Source of the DNA: Escherichia coli
GTDB taxonomy: Bacteria > Pseudomonadota > Gammaproteobacteria > Enterobacterales > Enterobacteriaceae
DNA: 64,000 nucleotides
Strand: one strand, 5' to 3'
NCBI RefSeq assembly: GCF_045037415.1
Contig: NZ_CP173438.1
Shown here: in pieces, positions 47,609 through 60,073 of the stretch
Position numbering within the stretch: position 1 is the stretch's first letter
Layout of the letters: each line of letters opens with the position of its first letter
The notes under the pieces: generated by a model
What the model was told of the DNA's origin: nothing
Database searches by the model: none
Seen by the model: the letters and a program-made list of their open reading frames with translations, nothing else
Translations under genes and position numbers: made by a program

Positions 47609-49090
47609 TCAGTTACGGAAAGGGTTATGACCGTTACTGGTGGTAGTGCGTGCGGATGTTTGCTGAACGACTGGTGCCGGGCTATCAGGCGCATAACCAT
47701 CAGCAATAGCATTCTGTTCCGGCGTTTGCGGGGCAACGTTTTCCGGATTAGTGGAAACCGGTTTGCTCAGCGCATTGTTCAGTGCCAGCAGATCCTGCTC
47801 GTTCAACGTACCCAGAGCTGACTTAATATTCAACTGGTTAATCAGGTAGTTATAACGCGCATTTGCCAGCTCTTGCTTAGCGTTGTACAGCGTGGTGGTC
47901 GCATCCAACACATCAACAATGGTACGCGTACCGACCGAGTAACCCGCCTCCATCGCGTCTAATGAGCTTTGAGCGGAAACTACGGCTTGTTTGTAGGCGT
48001 TAATGCTACTGATAGAAGCATTAATGTTGTTGAAGGAGGAACGTACGGTTTGTACGACGCTACGATGCGCGCTTTCCAGTTGCTCGCTGGCACCAACAAA
48101 GTTGTACTGGGCCTGTTTCACCTGCGAGTTAACCATTCCGCCCTGATAAATCGGCAGCGAGAAGCTCAGGCCAACTTTGTTCTGGCCCATATTGCTATCG
48201 TCATACTGGGTACCAGCGGCACCACGGGTTTTCGAACCGCTATAAGAGGTGTCAGAAATCCCGGTAGAAGCCGTTAAATCCAGAGTCGGTAAGTGACCAT
48301 CCTGCGCCTGGCGAATTTGCTCGCGCGCCAGGTCCTGGCTCAAACGCGCCTGTAACAGGGACAGGTTGCGTTTTTCGGCTTCTTTCAGCAGCGTGTTAAC
48401 CGGCTGTGGTTTGTCGGTTTTAAAGTTTTCGACATTCAGCGCCGCCAGTTCCGGATAGTAGTTACCGGTGATCTGGCGCAGCTGCTCTACCGCGTTATCA
48501 AGGTTATTACGTGCGGTCACTTCGTTCGCCAGCACGGTATCGTACTGTGCGCGGGCGTTCTGCACGTCGGTGATCGCTACCAGGCCCACGTTAAAACGTT
48601 GGGTGGTTTGATCTAATTGACGGTAGATCGCTTCTTTTTGCGCCTGTGTATAGGAAAGAACGTCAATCGCATTCAACACGTTGAAATAAGCGGTCGCGGT
48701 GTTGAGGATCAAGGTTTGTTGATCGGTCTGATACGTGACGTCCTGAATCCCAGCTGCTTTTTCCTGCAGCGTTAACGCACGCCATTTCGACATATCAAAA
48801 ATGGATTGAGTTAACTGCAGGGACGCACTGGTCGCGTTAGAGTTGATGCCGTTCGCGTCGCGGTAGCCGTTGCTATAGGTGTAATCTGCACCTAAACCTA
48901 GCTGTGGCAGTAATGGACTGCGCGCTTCATTAATTTTTTCAAAGGCAGCATCACGATCGGCGGCAGACTTACGCAATTCCGGGTTACTAAGGCGTGCTTG
49001 CTGATAAACTTGCATCAGGTTCTCGGCCTGGCTCAACGAACTGAACCCAGAGAGGCTCAGGCCGATAAGAATGGGGAGCAATTTCTTCAT
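47609..49090 (-). CDS. tolC: Outer membrane channel TolC
   Basis: The track ORF starts at 49129. The 493-aa precursor MKKLLPILIGLSLSGFSSLSQAENLMQVYQQARLSNPELR... starts at ATG 49090. Confidence 0.98.
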   Translation of the reverse strand: MKKLLPILIGLSLSGFSSLSQAENLMQVYQQARLSNPELRKSAADRDAAFEKINEARSPLLPQLGLGADYTYSNGYRDANGINSNATSASLQLTQSIFDMSKWRALTLQEKAAGIQDVTYQTDQQTLILNTATAYFNVLNAIDVLSYTQAQKEAIYRQLDQTTQRFNVGLVAITDVQNARAQYDTVLANEVTARNNLDNAVEQLRQITGNYYPELAALNVENFKTDKPQPVNTLLKEAEKRNLSLLQARLSQDLAREQIRQAQDGHLPTLDLTASTGISDTSYSGSKTRGAAGTQYDDSNMGQNKVGLSFSLPIYQGGMVNSQVKQAQYNFVGASEQLESAHRSVVQTVRSSFNNINASISSINAYKQAVVSAQSSLDAMEAGYSVGTRTIVDVLDATTTLYNAKQELANARYNYLINQLNIKSALGTLNEQDLLALNNALSKPVSTNPENVAPQTPEQNAIADGYAPDSPAPVVQQTSARTTTSNGHNPFRN

Positions 49091-49294
49091 TTGCATTCCT
49101 TGTGGTGAAGCAGTATTTAGCGCGATCAAACTGTAAAATTATTGCGGATTCTAGCAGAAGCCGCTACCGCAAAAGGTTGGCGTTACGTGCCATAGGGCGT
49201 TAATGTGCCTCAATTTAACACATGACTGCTCAAACGGCAGTCAAACGTCGCTGAAATTCACATTTAATTCACTATTAGTGCCAGGACATTAACA

Positions 49295-49924
49295 ATGCTT
49301 AAGCCAGACAACCTGCCCGTTACATTTGGCAAAAACGATGTAGAAATTATTGCACGAGAAACACTTTATCGCGGCTTTTTTTCATTAGATCTTTATAGAT
49401 TTCGTCATCGTCTATTCAACGGGCAAATGAGTCATGAGGTACGGCGGGAAATTTTTGAGCGCGGTCACGCCGCAGTCTTGCTACCCTTTGACCCAGTGCG
49501 TGATGAAGTTGTGCTGATTGAGCAGATTCGGATTGCCGCGTACGACACCAGCGAAACCCCTTGGCTACTGGAGATGGTTGCCGGGATGATTGAAGAGGGT
49601 GAAAGTGTGGAAGATGTTGCCCGTCGCGAAGCGATTGAAGAGGCGGGACTGATAGTCAAACGGACCAAACCGGTGTTAAGTTTCCTGGCAAGCCCGGGGG
49701 GCACCAGTGAGCGTTCGTCAATTATGGTGGGCGAAGTGGACGCCACGACCGCAAGCGGTATTCACGGTCTGGCTGATGAAAACGAAGATATTCGCGTTCA
49801 TGTGGTAAGCCGGGAACAGGCATACCAGTGGGTAGAAGAGGGGAAAATCGACAACGCAGCGTCGGTCATCGCTTTGCAATGGCTGCAGCTGCATCATCAA
49901 GCGTTAAAAAATGAGTGGGCATAA
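49295..49924 (+). CDS. nudF: ADP-ribose pyrophosphatase (Nudix)
   Basis: 209-aa [46 protein letters not shown]...; Nudix box [22 protein letters not shown]. Confidence 0.96.
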
Positions 49925-50347
49925 ATGAAGCGTTACACACCTGACTTTCCTGAAATGATGCGCCTGTGCGAGATGAACTTTTCACAATTGCGCCGTTTGT
50001 TACCGCGCAATGACGCACCCGGCGAAACTGTAAGCTATCAGGTGGCAAACGCACAATATCGGCTGACGATTGTGGAATCGACCCGATACACTACCCTGGT
50101 GACAATAGAACAGACTGCGCCCGCGATCAGTTACTGGAGCCTTCCGTCAATGACGGTGCGTCTGTATCATGACGCGATGGTGGCTGAAGTGTGTTCAAGC
50201 CAGCAGATTTTTCGCTTCAAAGCGCGGTATGATTATCCTAATAAAAAGTTGCATCAACGCGACGAAAAGCATCAAATTAATCAGTTTTTAGCGGACTGGT
50301 TGCGATACTGTTTAGCACATGGAGCGATGGCGATTCCGGTTTATTAG
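49925..50347 (+). CDS. yqiB: DUF1249 protein
   Basis: 140-aa ORF; its ATG abuts the nudF stop (TAAATG). Confidence 0.9.
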
Positions 50348-50371
50348 CGTCGTGAAACCTAAGGACACCAT

Positions 50372-51199
50372 TTGGAAAGCCTGTTAACCCTTCCTCTGGC
50401 TGGTGAGGCCAGAGTCAGGATTTTACAAATTACCGACACTCACCTGTTTGCACAAAAGCACGAAGCCCTGTTAGGGGTAAACACCTGGGAAAGCTACCAG
50501 GCGGTGCTGGAGGCGATTCGGCCACACCAGCACGAATTCGACCTGATTGTCGCGACAGGTGATTTAGCGCAGGATCAATCCTCTGCGGCCTATCAGCATT
50601 TCGCTGAAGGCATCGCAAGTTTTCGTGCGCCCTGCGTCTGGCTGCCGGGCAACCACGATTTCCAGCCCGCGATGTACAGTGCGTTACAGGATGCGGGTAT
50701 CTCCCCGGCGAAGCGGGTGTTTATTGGTGAGCAATGGCAAATCCTGTTGCTGGATAGCCAGGTGTTTGGCGTGCCGCACGGTGAGCTGAGCGAGTTTCAG
50801 CTTGAGTGGCTGGAACGTAAACTGGCCGATGCGCCAGAACGCCATACGTTGCTGCTGCTGCATCATCATCCGCTACCTGCGGGTTGTAGTTGGCTTGATC
50901 AACACAGCCTGCGTAACGCGGGCGAACTGGATACCGTGCTGGCGAAGTTTCCGCACGTCAAATACTTGCTGTGCGGTCATATTCATCAGGAGCTGGATCT
51001 CGACTGGAACGGTCGCCGCCTGCTGGCAACGCCGTCGACCTGTGTGCAGTTTAAGCCGCACTGTTCCAACTTTACGCTGGATACCATCGCGCCCGGCTGG
51101 CGTACTCTTGAGTTACATGCTGATGGCACGCTGACCACCGAGGTGCATCGCCTGGCGGACGCACGCTTCCAACCTGATACCGCTTCAGAAGGCTACTGA
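50372..51199 (+). CDS. cpdA: 3',5'-cyclic AMP phosphodiesterase
   Basis: 275-aa ORF from a TTG start, [28 protein letters not shown]...; metallophosphoesterase motifs GDLAQD and GNHD. Confidence 0.95.
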   Translation: MESLLTLPLAGEARVRILQITDTHLFAQKHEALLGVNTWESYQAVLEAIRPHQHEFDLIVATGDLAQDQSSAAYQHFAEGIASFRAPCVWLPGNHDFQPAMYSALQDAGISPAKRVFIGEQWQILLLDSQVFGVPHGELSEFQLEWLERKLADAPERHTLLLLHHHPLPAGCSWLDQHSLRNAGELDTVLAKFPHVKYLLCGHIHQELDLDWNGRRLLATPSTCVQFKPHCSNFTLDTIAPGWRTLELHADGTLTTEVHRLADARFQPDTASEGY

Positions 51200-51780
51200 T
51201 GTCTACGCTTCTTTATTTACACGGTTTCAACAGCTCGCCGCGCTCTGCAAAAGCGAGCTTGTTAAAAAACTGGCTGGCGGAACATCACCCTGACGTTGAG
51301 ATGATCATTCCGCAGCTGCCGCCGTATCCTTCCGACGCGGCAGAACTGCTGGAATCCATTGTCCTGGAACATGGCGGCGATTCGCTGGGTATTGTCGGTT
51401 CGTCACTGGGGGGATATTACGCCACCTGGTTGTCGCAATGTTTTATGCTGCCCGCAGTGGTGGTCAACCCGGCGGTGCGCCCGTTTGAACTGCTGACGGA
51501 CTATCTCGGTCAGAACGAGAACCCCTACACCGGGCAGCAATATGTGCTAGAGTCACGCCATATTTACGATCTCAAAGTCATGCAGATTGACCCGCTGGAA
51601 GCGCCGGATTTGATCTGGCTGCTGCAACAGACGGGAGATGAAGTGCTGGATTACCGCCAGGCGGTGGCGTACTACGCTTCCTGCCGCCAGACTGTCATAG
51701 AAGGCGGCAACCACGCATTCACGGGCTTCGAAGATTATTTCAACCCGATCGTCGATTTTCTTGGTCTGCACCATCTCTGA
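51199..51780 (+). CDS. yqiA: Esterase YqiA (alpha/beta hydrolase)
   Basis: 193-aa [35 protein letters not shown]...; GSSLGG nucleophile elbow; ATG overlaps the cpdA stop. Confidence 0.93.
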   Translation: MSTLLYLHGFNSSPRSAKASLLKNWLAEHHPDVEMIIPQLPPYPSDAAELLESIVLEHGGDSLGIVGSSLGGYYATWLSQCFMLPAVVVNPAVRPFELLTDYLGQNENPYTGQQYVLESRHIYDLKVMQIDPLEAPDLIWLLQQTGDEVLDYRQAVAYYASCRQTVIEGGNHAFTGFEDYFNPIVDFLGLHHL

Positions 51781-51805
51781 CGATCAACTCGAATTGCTAA
51801 CTTAA

Positions 51806-53701
<1,896 letters not shown>

Positions 53702-53729
53702 TAATCCTCCCGCCAGAAGAATAAAACAT

Positions 53730-53762
53730 AGCCCGGTATACAAGTGTATACCGGGCTTTTTT
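53730..53762 (+). terminator. parE intrinsic terminator
   Basis: AGCCCGGTATAC-AAGT-GTATACCGGGCT followed by TTTTT; ends 2 nt before the stop of the receptor gene on the other strand. Confidence 0.85.
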
Positions 53763-53764
53763 GA

Positions 53765-55906
53765 TCAAAATTCCATTTTCACCGTGAATTGCACTTCACG
53801 CGGATCGCCAATCTGATTCCCCAGATTATTTGTGGCGATGGAAGAGGTGTAATACGTTTTATCAAACAGGTTTTTGACGTTTAATTGCAGTGTGACCGGA
53901 TACTGCAATTTCATTTTGTATGCGGCGAAGGCATCGGCAACAAAATAGCCTGGCAGATAATAGTCAGCCCCATTGGTTGCCGAACGACGGCTTACACCAT
54001 GTCCACCACCGCCAAATGTCAGCGTATTATTGCCTGGCATGTTATGAATATCATAGGTCAGGAATAGCGAACCGGTATGACGAGGAACATTCGGCAATGG
54101 TTTCCCTGCATAATCAGGATCCTCCAGAACCTTAGCATCGGTATAGCCGTAGCTGGCAATGATATTAATGTTTTCAGTTAATGCTCCCGCAAGGTCGACT
54201 TCTACCCCTCTTGAACGAACACGGCCTGCCGTTTTGGCGATGGTTTCATCACCAATACTTTCGGTATACAACACATTACGTTTATGGATATCAAACAGCG
54301 CAATATCTGCGGTGATACCATCGAATAGCTCGAATTTTGCCCCGACTTCGTAAGCATTAGATGATTCCGGTGGAAGATCGCCAATGTAGCTGGCAATTGA
54401 CGACTGCGGCATAAATGTTTGCGAATAATTGGCAAATAAGGATACCGATGGCGTCAGTTTGTAGACCAACCCCAGTTTGGGAGTCCATTGTTCATCGCGG
54501 CTGTCAGTATTGACATTAAAAGGACGGCCTTTACCCGCATACTGCGTGTAATACTGATAGCGGATCCCGGCGACGGCAATCCAGTTATCGGTCAGATAGA
54601 GTGCGTCCTGTGCATACGCTGAGTAGCTCTCCTGTTTGATCGTCTGATCACTGTCCGACGCCGAAACCGTTGTACATTTGCTGGTATTACCATAAACAGG
54701 GTTGTAAATATTGAAATCTTTAGCTTTTTTACAGCGAATCATATCTGTACGCAGAAGATCATAATATTCATATGACACCCCACCCAGAATCTCATTATAG
54801 AATCCGGCAATATCAACATTCCCTTGCAGATCCGCACGAGTAGCATGCATACGCTGGGTAGAGCCCTGAGTTGCATCAACACGCCGTGTCAGTGTTCCTG
54901 TCGTTGCATCATATGCGGTAACACGCGCCTGATTATCGCTGTATTTATCCTGGCTGTAGCTGTAATCAAAGCGTGCTGTCCACTGGCTATTGAGATGATA
55001 TTCTGCGTTGAGTTGCGCCAGATCGGACTGACCATCTGTAATATTAAACGGTTCGTCAAAACGTATTTTTCGATCAACGTTTACGGGCTGTTTCGTCGTA
55101 AGGTCGAAAATCGTTCCACGATCGAACGGAGTTTTATAGTCCCGATGGGAATAGAGCATGGTTACTGTTGCATTATCACCAAACCATGTGAGTGACGGGG
55201 CAATAAATGTACTGCGCTCTTTACCGAAGTTTCGCCAGTAATCTTCATCCTGCACTTCCCCGGTAAGGCGATACGCCAGCTGAGTGCCTTCAATGGGACC
55301 TGTGATATCAAGTTGCCCAGTGCCGCCACCAAAACTGGAGGAGGTGGCTGAAACCGAACCATGGAATGTTTTTTCCGGGCGCTTGGTCACGACGTTAATC
55401 AGTCCGCCAGGATCGAGAATGCCATACAGCGTGGAGGCCGGGCCTTTTAGCACTTCCACACGTTCTGTGGCGGCGTTGAAACTGCGAGGAAGTACGGTTC
55501 GCAGACCGTTGGTCATGATGGAGCCATCCCGGTTTGCGCCAAACCCACGGCGTACAAAGGCGTCCTGAGTTCCGCCTAATGTATTGGTCTGTACCACGTT
55601 ACTGACGTTATAAAGCGCCTCATCCAGCGTTGTCGCATTCTGGTTTTCCAGAACCTGATCGCTAACCGTATTGACCACCTGCGGGATATCCAGCATCGGC
55701 ATATCGGTTAATGTCGCCGTAGAGGTGCTCAGAGGTTGATAACCATCGGTTGCCTCAGTTGCGGTATTTGCATCTGCTGTAACAGTGATTGTTTCGCCAT
55801 CTTTGGTCGTTACAGAGTCTGTTGCATGAATCATCGGTGCCGCAAAAAGCAGTGAAAAGAGCGCCCGACCTTTGAGTCCTGAGAATGAAGGTGTGAACAT
55901 AGCCAT
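53765..55906 (-). CDS. TonB-dependent outer-membrane siderophore receptor (FhuE/FhuA-like); resembles the receptor of the E. coli fit locus as I recall it
   Basis: 713-aa ORF with a signal peptide ending MIHA, TonB box ETITVTA, a plug domain, a beta-barrel and a terminal ...VKMEF aromatic residue. Confidence 0.88.
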   Translation of the reverse strand: MAMFTPSFSGLKGRALFSLLFAAPMIHATDSVTTKDGETITVTADANTATEATDGYQPLSTSTATLTDMPMLDIPQVVNTVSDQVLENQNATTLDEALYNVSNVVQTNTLGGTQDAFVRRGFGANRDGSIMTNGLRTVLPRSFNAATERVEVLKGPASTLYGILDPGGLINVVTKRPEKTFHGSVSATSSSFGGGTGQLDITGPIEGTQLAYRLTGEVQDEDYWRNFGKERSTFIAPSLTWFGDNATVTMLYSHRDYKTPFDRGTIFDLTTKQPVNVDRKIRFDEPFNITDGQSDLAQLNAEYHLNSQWTARFDYSYSQDKYSDNQARVTAYDATTGTLTRRVDATQGSTQRMHATRADLQGNVDIAGFYNEILGGVSYEYYDLLRTDMIRCKKAKDFNIYNPVYGNTSKCTTVSASDSDQTIKQESYSAYAQDALYLTDNWIAVAGIRYQYYTQYAGKGRPFNVNTDSRDEQWTPKLGLVYKLTPSVSLFANYSQTFMPQSSIASYIGDLPPESSNAYEVGAKFELFDGITADIALFDIHKRNVLYTESIGDETIAKTAGRVRSRGVEVDLAGALTENINIIASYGYTDAKVLEDPDYAGKPLPNVPRHTGSLFLTYDIHNMPGNNTLTFGGGGHGVSRRSATNGADYYLPGYFVADAFAAYKMKLQYPVTLQLNVKNLFDKTYYTSSIATNNLGNQIGDPREVQFTVKMEF

Positions 55907-56004
55907 TTAGTCTGTTATCCCAAAAACTCGCGGATTGTCGCGAGTGAAAATTGTTTCTTATTGCTCACTAAGCACTATCCGTTTGTTATTTCGCCATCGG
56001 ATAT

Positions 56005-56023
56005 GTAATTGAGAATCATTCAA
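56005..56023. promoter_or_regulatory. Candidate Fur box in the divergent receptor / ABC promoter region
   Basis: GTAATTGAGAATCATTCAA matches about 12 of 19 positions of GATAATGATAATCATTATC, in an AT-rich 373-bp spacer. Confidence 0.45.
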
Positions 56024-56279
56024 TCACGCAGTAATGTAGTAGTAAATGAGAAATAACAAAAAATTGCTACATGTGTTTTTATGAAAGGTTTATACAATTT
56101 GATTGCTTTTAATTTATTGATATTTAATGTTTTTATTTTTATGTATAAAAATATTTTACCTGTTATTTACCTTGTTTTTGTGTGGCTTTTAACTGCTTGA
56201 CTACTACATTTTGTGGCGTCAAACTCTCAAAGGAGAATGAGTTTTATTTTTGTTTGTCTTTGATTAAGTTGGCGTACAC

Positions 56280-57089
56280 GTGGCACATAACGCAAAAGGG
56301 CAGGGGCTGATCCTCGACAATGTTTCTGCCGGGTATCACAAGAAAATCATTGTTGATGGTGTTTCTTTCTCCGTTCCCACAGAAAAAATGACCGTTCTGG
56401 TTGGGGCAAACGGCTGTGGAAAGTCGACGTTGCTCAGCACCATTGCACGTATCTTGCAACCTATGGGCGGTTCGATATTGCTTGATGGCAAAGCGATTCA
56501 CGAGCAACCAACGAAAGCGTTATCCCGTAGACTTGGGATCTTGCCGCAGTCGCCATTATTGCCGGAGGGCTTAACCGTTTATGAACTGGTGTCGCGTGGG
56601 CGTTTTCCCTGGCAAAATTTCATACGTCAATGGAGCGACGCCGATGAGCAGGCGGTGGAAGAGGCCCTGAAATTAACCGGTACGCAGGAGTTTGCACATT
56701 TACCTGTTGAAAAACTCTCTGGTGGGCAGCGCCAGCGTTGCTGGATTGCGATGGTGTTGGCGCAAAAGACGCCTTATATCCTGCTGGATGAACCCACAAC
56801 CTGGCTTGATTTACGTTATCAGGTTGAAATTCTTGAGTTATTACATGATTTAACGCGTCATCACGGGCGTACAGTCGTCGTGGTGTTGCATGATCTGAAT
56901 TTTGCCGTCAATTATGGCGATACGTTGATATTTTTACGCCAGGGGAAAGTGGTGCGTGTGTTGAATGAGGGGGAGCATTGCACGCCTGAACTGGTAAAAG
57001 CTGTCTTTGACGTTGATGTTCACGCATCAATAAATCCTCTGACGGGAAAGCCGTTCTTCATGCCGTTTCGTGGTGTAGAAAAAGTATGA
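56280..57089 (+). CDS. ABC transporter ATPase (FepC/FhuC-type iron-chelate importer)
   Basis: 269-aa ORF from a GTG; Walker A GANGCGKST, signature LSGGQRQR, Walker B ILLDEPT. The start codon is uncertain (no clear SD). Confidence 0.88.
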   Translation: MAHNAKGQGLILDNVSAGYHKKIIVDGVSFSVPTEKMTVLVGANGCGKSTLLSTIARILQPMGGSILLDGKAIHEQPTKALSRRLGILPQSPLLPEGLTVYELVSRGRFPWQNFIRQWSDADEQAVEEALKLTGTQEFAHLPVEKLSGGQRQRCWIAMVLAQKTPYILLDEPTTWLDLRYQVEILELLHDLTRHHGRTVVVVLHDLNFAVNYGDTLIFLRQGKVVRVLNEGEHCTPELVKAVFDVDVHASINPLTGKPFFMPFRGVEKV

Positions 57090-58069
57090 TGCGCACAGGG
57101 CTGGTTACTGTAATTTTCCTCGCCTTACTGCTGGTGGGATGCGTGGTATATCCAGGGATTGGTGCCCGATTTATTGCACCACAAACGGTGTTGCAGGCAT
57201 TTCTTCATTTTGATCCGCAAAACTTCGATCACAACGTAATTGTAAGACTCCGTTTGCCGCGTTTAGCGGCAGCATTGCTTACCGGTGCTTCTCTTGGTGT
57301 TGCTGGTGCTTTGTTGCAGGCTGTCATTCGTAACCCATTGGGGGAACCACATATTTTAGGCTTAAATGCCGGAGCCGCTCTTGCTGTCGTTGCCGCCAGT
57401 GCGCTTGGACTGGCCTTTCCGGTTGGACGCCCACTGCTGGCATCTACGGGGGGCGCGTTATTGTTCCTGTTGATATTGCTGCTTTCCTCCGCAGGGCGTT
57501 CAGGGTTAACGCCAATGAAAGTTACTTTATGCGGCGTGGCGCTATCGGCGTTCGTGTCCTCAATAACGGCTGCAATCCTGATTCTTGACGAACAAACACT
57601 GCTGGCGATGCGGACATGGCTAGCAGGTGATTTAGCGGGGCAGGATTGGGCGACGCTGGGTACGTCCGCCTGGTTTTCTCTGGGGGGATTTGTGTTAGCC
57701 CTTTACCTTGCACCCTCCCTTAACATGTTGGCACTGGGCGATCGCATGGCGCAGGGGCTGGGCGTCTCTGTACTCCGCACGCGAACATTCACCCTGCTTG
57801 CGATCGCGTTGCTCTGTGGCGCAGCCGTATCGATTGCTGGCCCCATTGGTTTTGTCGGCCTGCTAGTACCGCAGATTGTCCGGCGTCTGGTATCAGCGGA
57901 TCTGCGCGTTCTGCTCCCTCTTTCAGCTTGTGTCGGCGCGCTTTTGTTATTACTGGCAGATATTATTGCCCGGACGCTTTTCACGCCCCATGAGTTAGCG
58001 ACCGGTGTCATGACGGCGTTAGTTGGTGCGCCTGTTTTTGTCATTATGGCGACGAGGATGTTCAAATGA
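57086..58069 (+). CDS. FecCD-family ABC permease 1
   Basis: 327-aa polytopic ORF, ATGA-coupled to the ATPase gene. Confidence 0.88.
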   Translation: MMRTGLVTVIFLALLLVGCVVYPGIGARFIAPQTVLQAFLHFDPQNFDHNVIVRLRLPRLAAALLTGASLGVAGALLQAVIRNPLGEPHILGLNAGAALAVVAASALGLAFPVGRPLLASTGGALLFLLILLLSSAGRSGLTPMKVTLCGVALSAFVSSITAAILILDEQTLLAMRTWLAGDLAGQDWATLGTSAWFSLGGFVLALYLAPSLNMLALGDRMAQGLGVSVLRTRTFTLLAIALLCGAAVSIAGPIGFVGLLVPQIVRRLVSADLRVLLPLSACVGALLLLLADIIARTLFTPHELATGVMTALVGAPVFVIMATRMFK

Positions 58070-59115
58070 GTCGGATAATGAACGTCGGGCTACGCCCACT
58101 ACGTGTTGGTAAGTTTTCGACACTGGTGCGCCCTAAAAATCTGCTGTTGCTTGGTGGGCTGTTCCTGCTTGCGGTTGGAATACTGATATTCGGTCTGATG
58201 CAGGGTTCTTTCTCTGTTCCGGCATCGGAAGTAGGACGAGCGTTGTTTGCTCCAGAAAACGTAAGCACAGACGCACGTTATATTGTGCAGGATATTCGCT
58301 TGCCGAGAGTCATCATGGCATTGCTATGCGGGGCCATGTTAGGTATGGCAGGGGCCGCAATGCAATCCATTGCACGTAACGGCCTTGCCGATCCTGGTTT
58401 AATCGGCGTCAAAGAAGGATGTAGCGTGGCTGTGCTGTGGCTGATTTTCCAGTTTCCAATGCTGGGAATGTTCTGGCGTCCAGTGGCTGGTCTTGCTGGT
58501 GGCCTGTTGGTGGCTTTAATCGTGATTTTTTGTGCGCGCGATATTTCCCGCCCGCGATTTGTTCTGATTGGTATTGGTGTTTCCTGGTTTTTCGCCGCCG
58601 GTATCGGTGTATTTATGACCACTGCAGATGTTCGAGATGTACAAACTGCATTGATGTGGTTATCGGGAAGCCTGCATGCAGCTAACTGGATGTTAGTCGG
58701 TATTTCAGCCTGTTGGATGTTGCCAGCCGCTCTTTTATTGCTGTTCACCGCCAGGACTGCGGATATCGCTCTGCTTGGTCATCAGGTTGCAACCGGGTTA
58801 GGGGTGAATAGTTCTCGTCTGGCGTTGTTACGTGTCGCCGCACCCATAATCCTGACAGCCGTCTGCGTTTCGTGTGTTGGTAACATCGGTTTTGTCGGAT
58901 TGATAGCACCCCATATATCACGTTTTATTCTACGTGGCGGGCAGACGACATTACTGCTGGGGAGCGCGGTATCGGGGGCGTTGTTAGTTATTCTGGCGGA
59001 TAGCATTGGTCGTTTGGCTTTTTTGCCTTTGCAACTGCCTGCCGGAATCATTATCTCACTGATTGGTGGACCATTTTTTTTACTACTGCTCTGGCAGCGC
59101 AGGAACAGTTTTTAA
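58066..59115 (+). CDS. FecCD-family ABC permease 2
   Basis: 349-aa polytopic ORF, ATGA-coupled to permease 1. Confidence 0.88.
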   Translation: MSRIMNVGLRPLRVGKFSTLVRPKNLLLLGGLFLLAVGILIFGLMQGSFSVPASEVGRALFAPENVSTDARYIVQDIRLPRVIMALLCGAMLGMAGAAMQSIARNGLADPGLIGVKEGCSVAVLWLIFQFPMLGMFWRPVAGLAGGLLVALIVIFCARDISRPRFVLIGIGVSWFFAAGIGVFMTTADVRDVQTALMWLSGSLHAANWMLVGISACWMLPAALLLLFTARTADIALLGHQVATGLGVNSSRLALLRVAAPIILTAVCVSCVGNIGFVGLIAPHISRFILRGGQTTLLLGSAVSGALLVILADSIGRLAFLPLQLPAGIIISLIGGPFFLLLLWQRRNSF

Positions 59116-59125
59116 CGGGAGTTAT

Positions 59126-60073
59126 ATGCGTTTATTTTTTTCTCTGCTGATACTGTTGTCATTTTTTTCCCGTGCAACAGAACCTGTTCAGGTATTTACT
59201 GATGATTTAGGGCGCAAAGTCACTGTTCCTGCTCATCCAAAGAGAATTGTCTCTTTACACGATCTTGATATCACTATTCCTCTGATTGAGCTCGGTGTAC
59301 CTCCTGTCGCCAGCCACGGGCGAACTCGGCCTGACGGTAGCCATTTCATTCGATCTGGCGCGTTATTGACAGGTGTCGACTTTGATAATTCATCGATCGC
59401 CTTTATTGGTACCGCTGATATTGATATTGAAGCGATTGTGGCGGCAAAGCCTGACTTGATCATCACAGAACCGACCCGTAATACGCCCATTGAACAACTT
59501 GAAAAAATTGCGCCCACGGTGAGCATTGATCATCTCAAAGGGGGCGCGCCAGAAATCTATCGCAAGCTGGCAGAACTTACAGGAACGCAGTCGCAGCTGG
59601 CGATACTTGAACGCCGCTATCAGGCACAAATCAATGCGCTGAAGGCGACGCTGGACAGCCAAAAAATAACGGTATCGGTGATTCAGGCAAACCAGGGAAA
59701 AATTAATGTGATGCATAGCTATCATTCGCTGGGACGGGTATTACGCGATGCTGGTTTTCGTTTTCCGCCGCTGATTGAGAGCATTCCTGAAGGTGGGCGA
59801 ATGGATGTGAGCGCGGAGCGTTTACCTGAACTGGATGCCGATTTTGTTTTTGCAACCTGGCGCGGTGACACCGGTGGTAAACCTCAGGATGAGCTGGCAG
59901 CAATGGAAAAAGTCATGCCGGGATGGTGTCAGTTTCTGACTGCCTGTCGTTCCGGGCGTTATGTGCTGATTTCTCGTGAAGAGGCAATTTCTAACTCCTT
60001 TGCATCTCTGGGGCTGATGGCTGCGCAGATACAATCACAAATTGCAGGGCGACCTCTACCGGAGGCTAAATGA
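59126..60073 (+). CDS. Periplasmic substrate-binding protein (iron-siderophore/cobalamin PBP family)
   Basis: The track ORF starts at 59063. ATG 59126 (SD ACGGGAG) gives signal peptide MRLFFSLLILLSFFSRA followed by a binding-protein-like mature part. Confidence 0.82.
   Translation: MRLFFSLLILLSFFSRATEPVQVFTDDLGRKVTVPAHPKRIVSLHDLDITIPLIELGVPPVASHGRTRPDGSHFIRSGALLTGVDFDNSSIAFIGTADIDIEAIVAAKPDLIITEPTRNTPIEQLEKIAPTVSIDHLKGGAPEIYRKLAELTGTQSQLAILERRYQAQINALKATLDSQKITVSVIQANQGKINVMHSYHSLGRVLRDAGFRFPPLIESIPEGGRMDVSAERLPELDADFVFATWRGDTGGKPQDELAAMEKVMPGWCQFLTACRSGRYVLISREEAISNSFASLGLMAAQIQSQIAGRPLPEAK

Noticed and set aside
56237-56263. 8-codon mini-ORF MSFIFVCL after AAGGAGA upstream of the ABC ATPase
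   Set aside because: The SD-like sequence abuts the ATG (about 1-nt spacing), which is too short for initiation. There is no attenuator-like alternative pairing, so it is probably fortuitous in AT-rich DNA.
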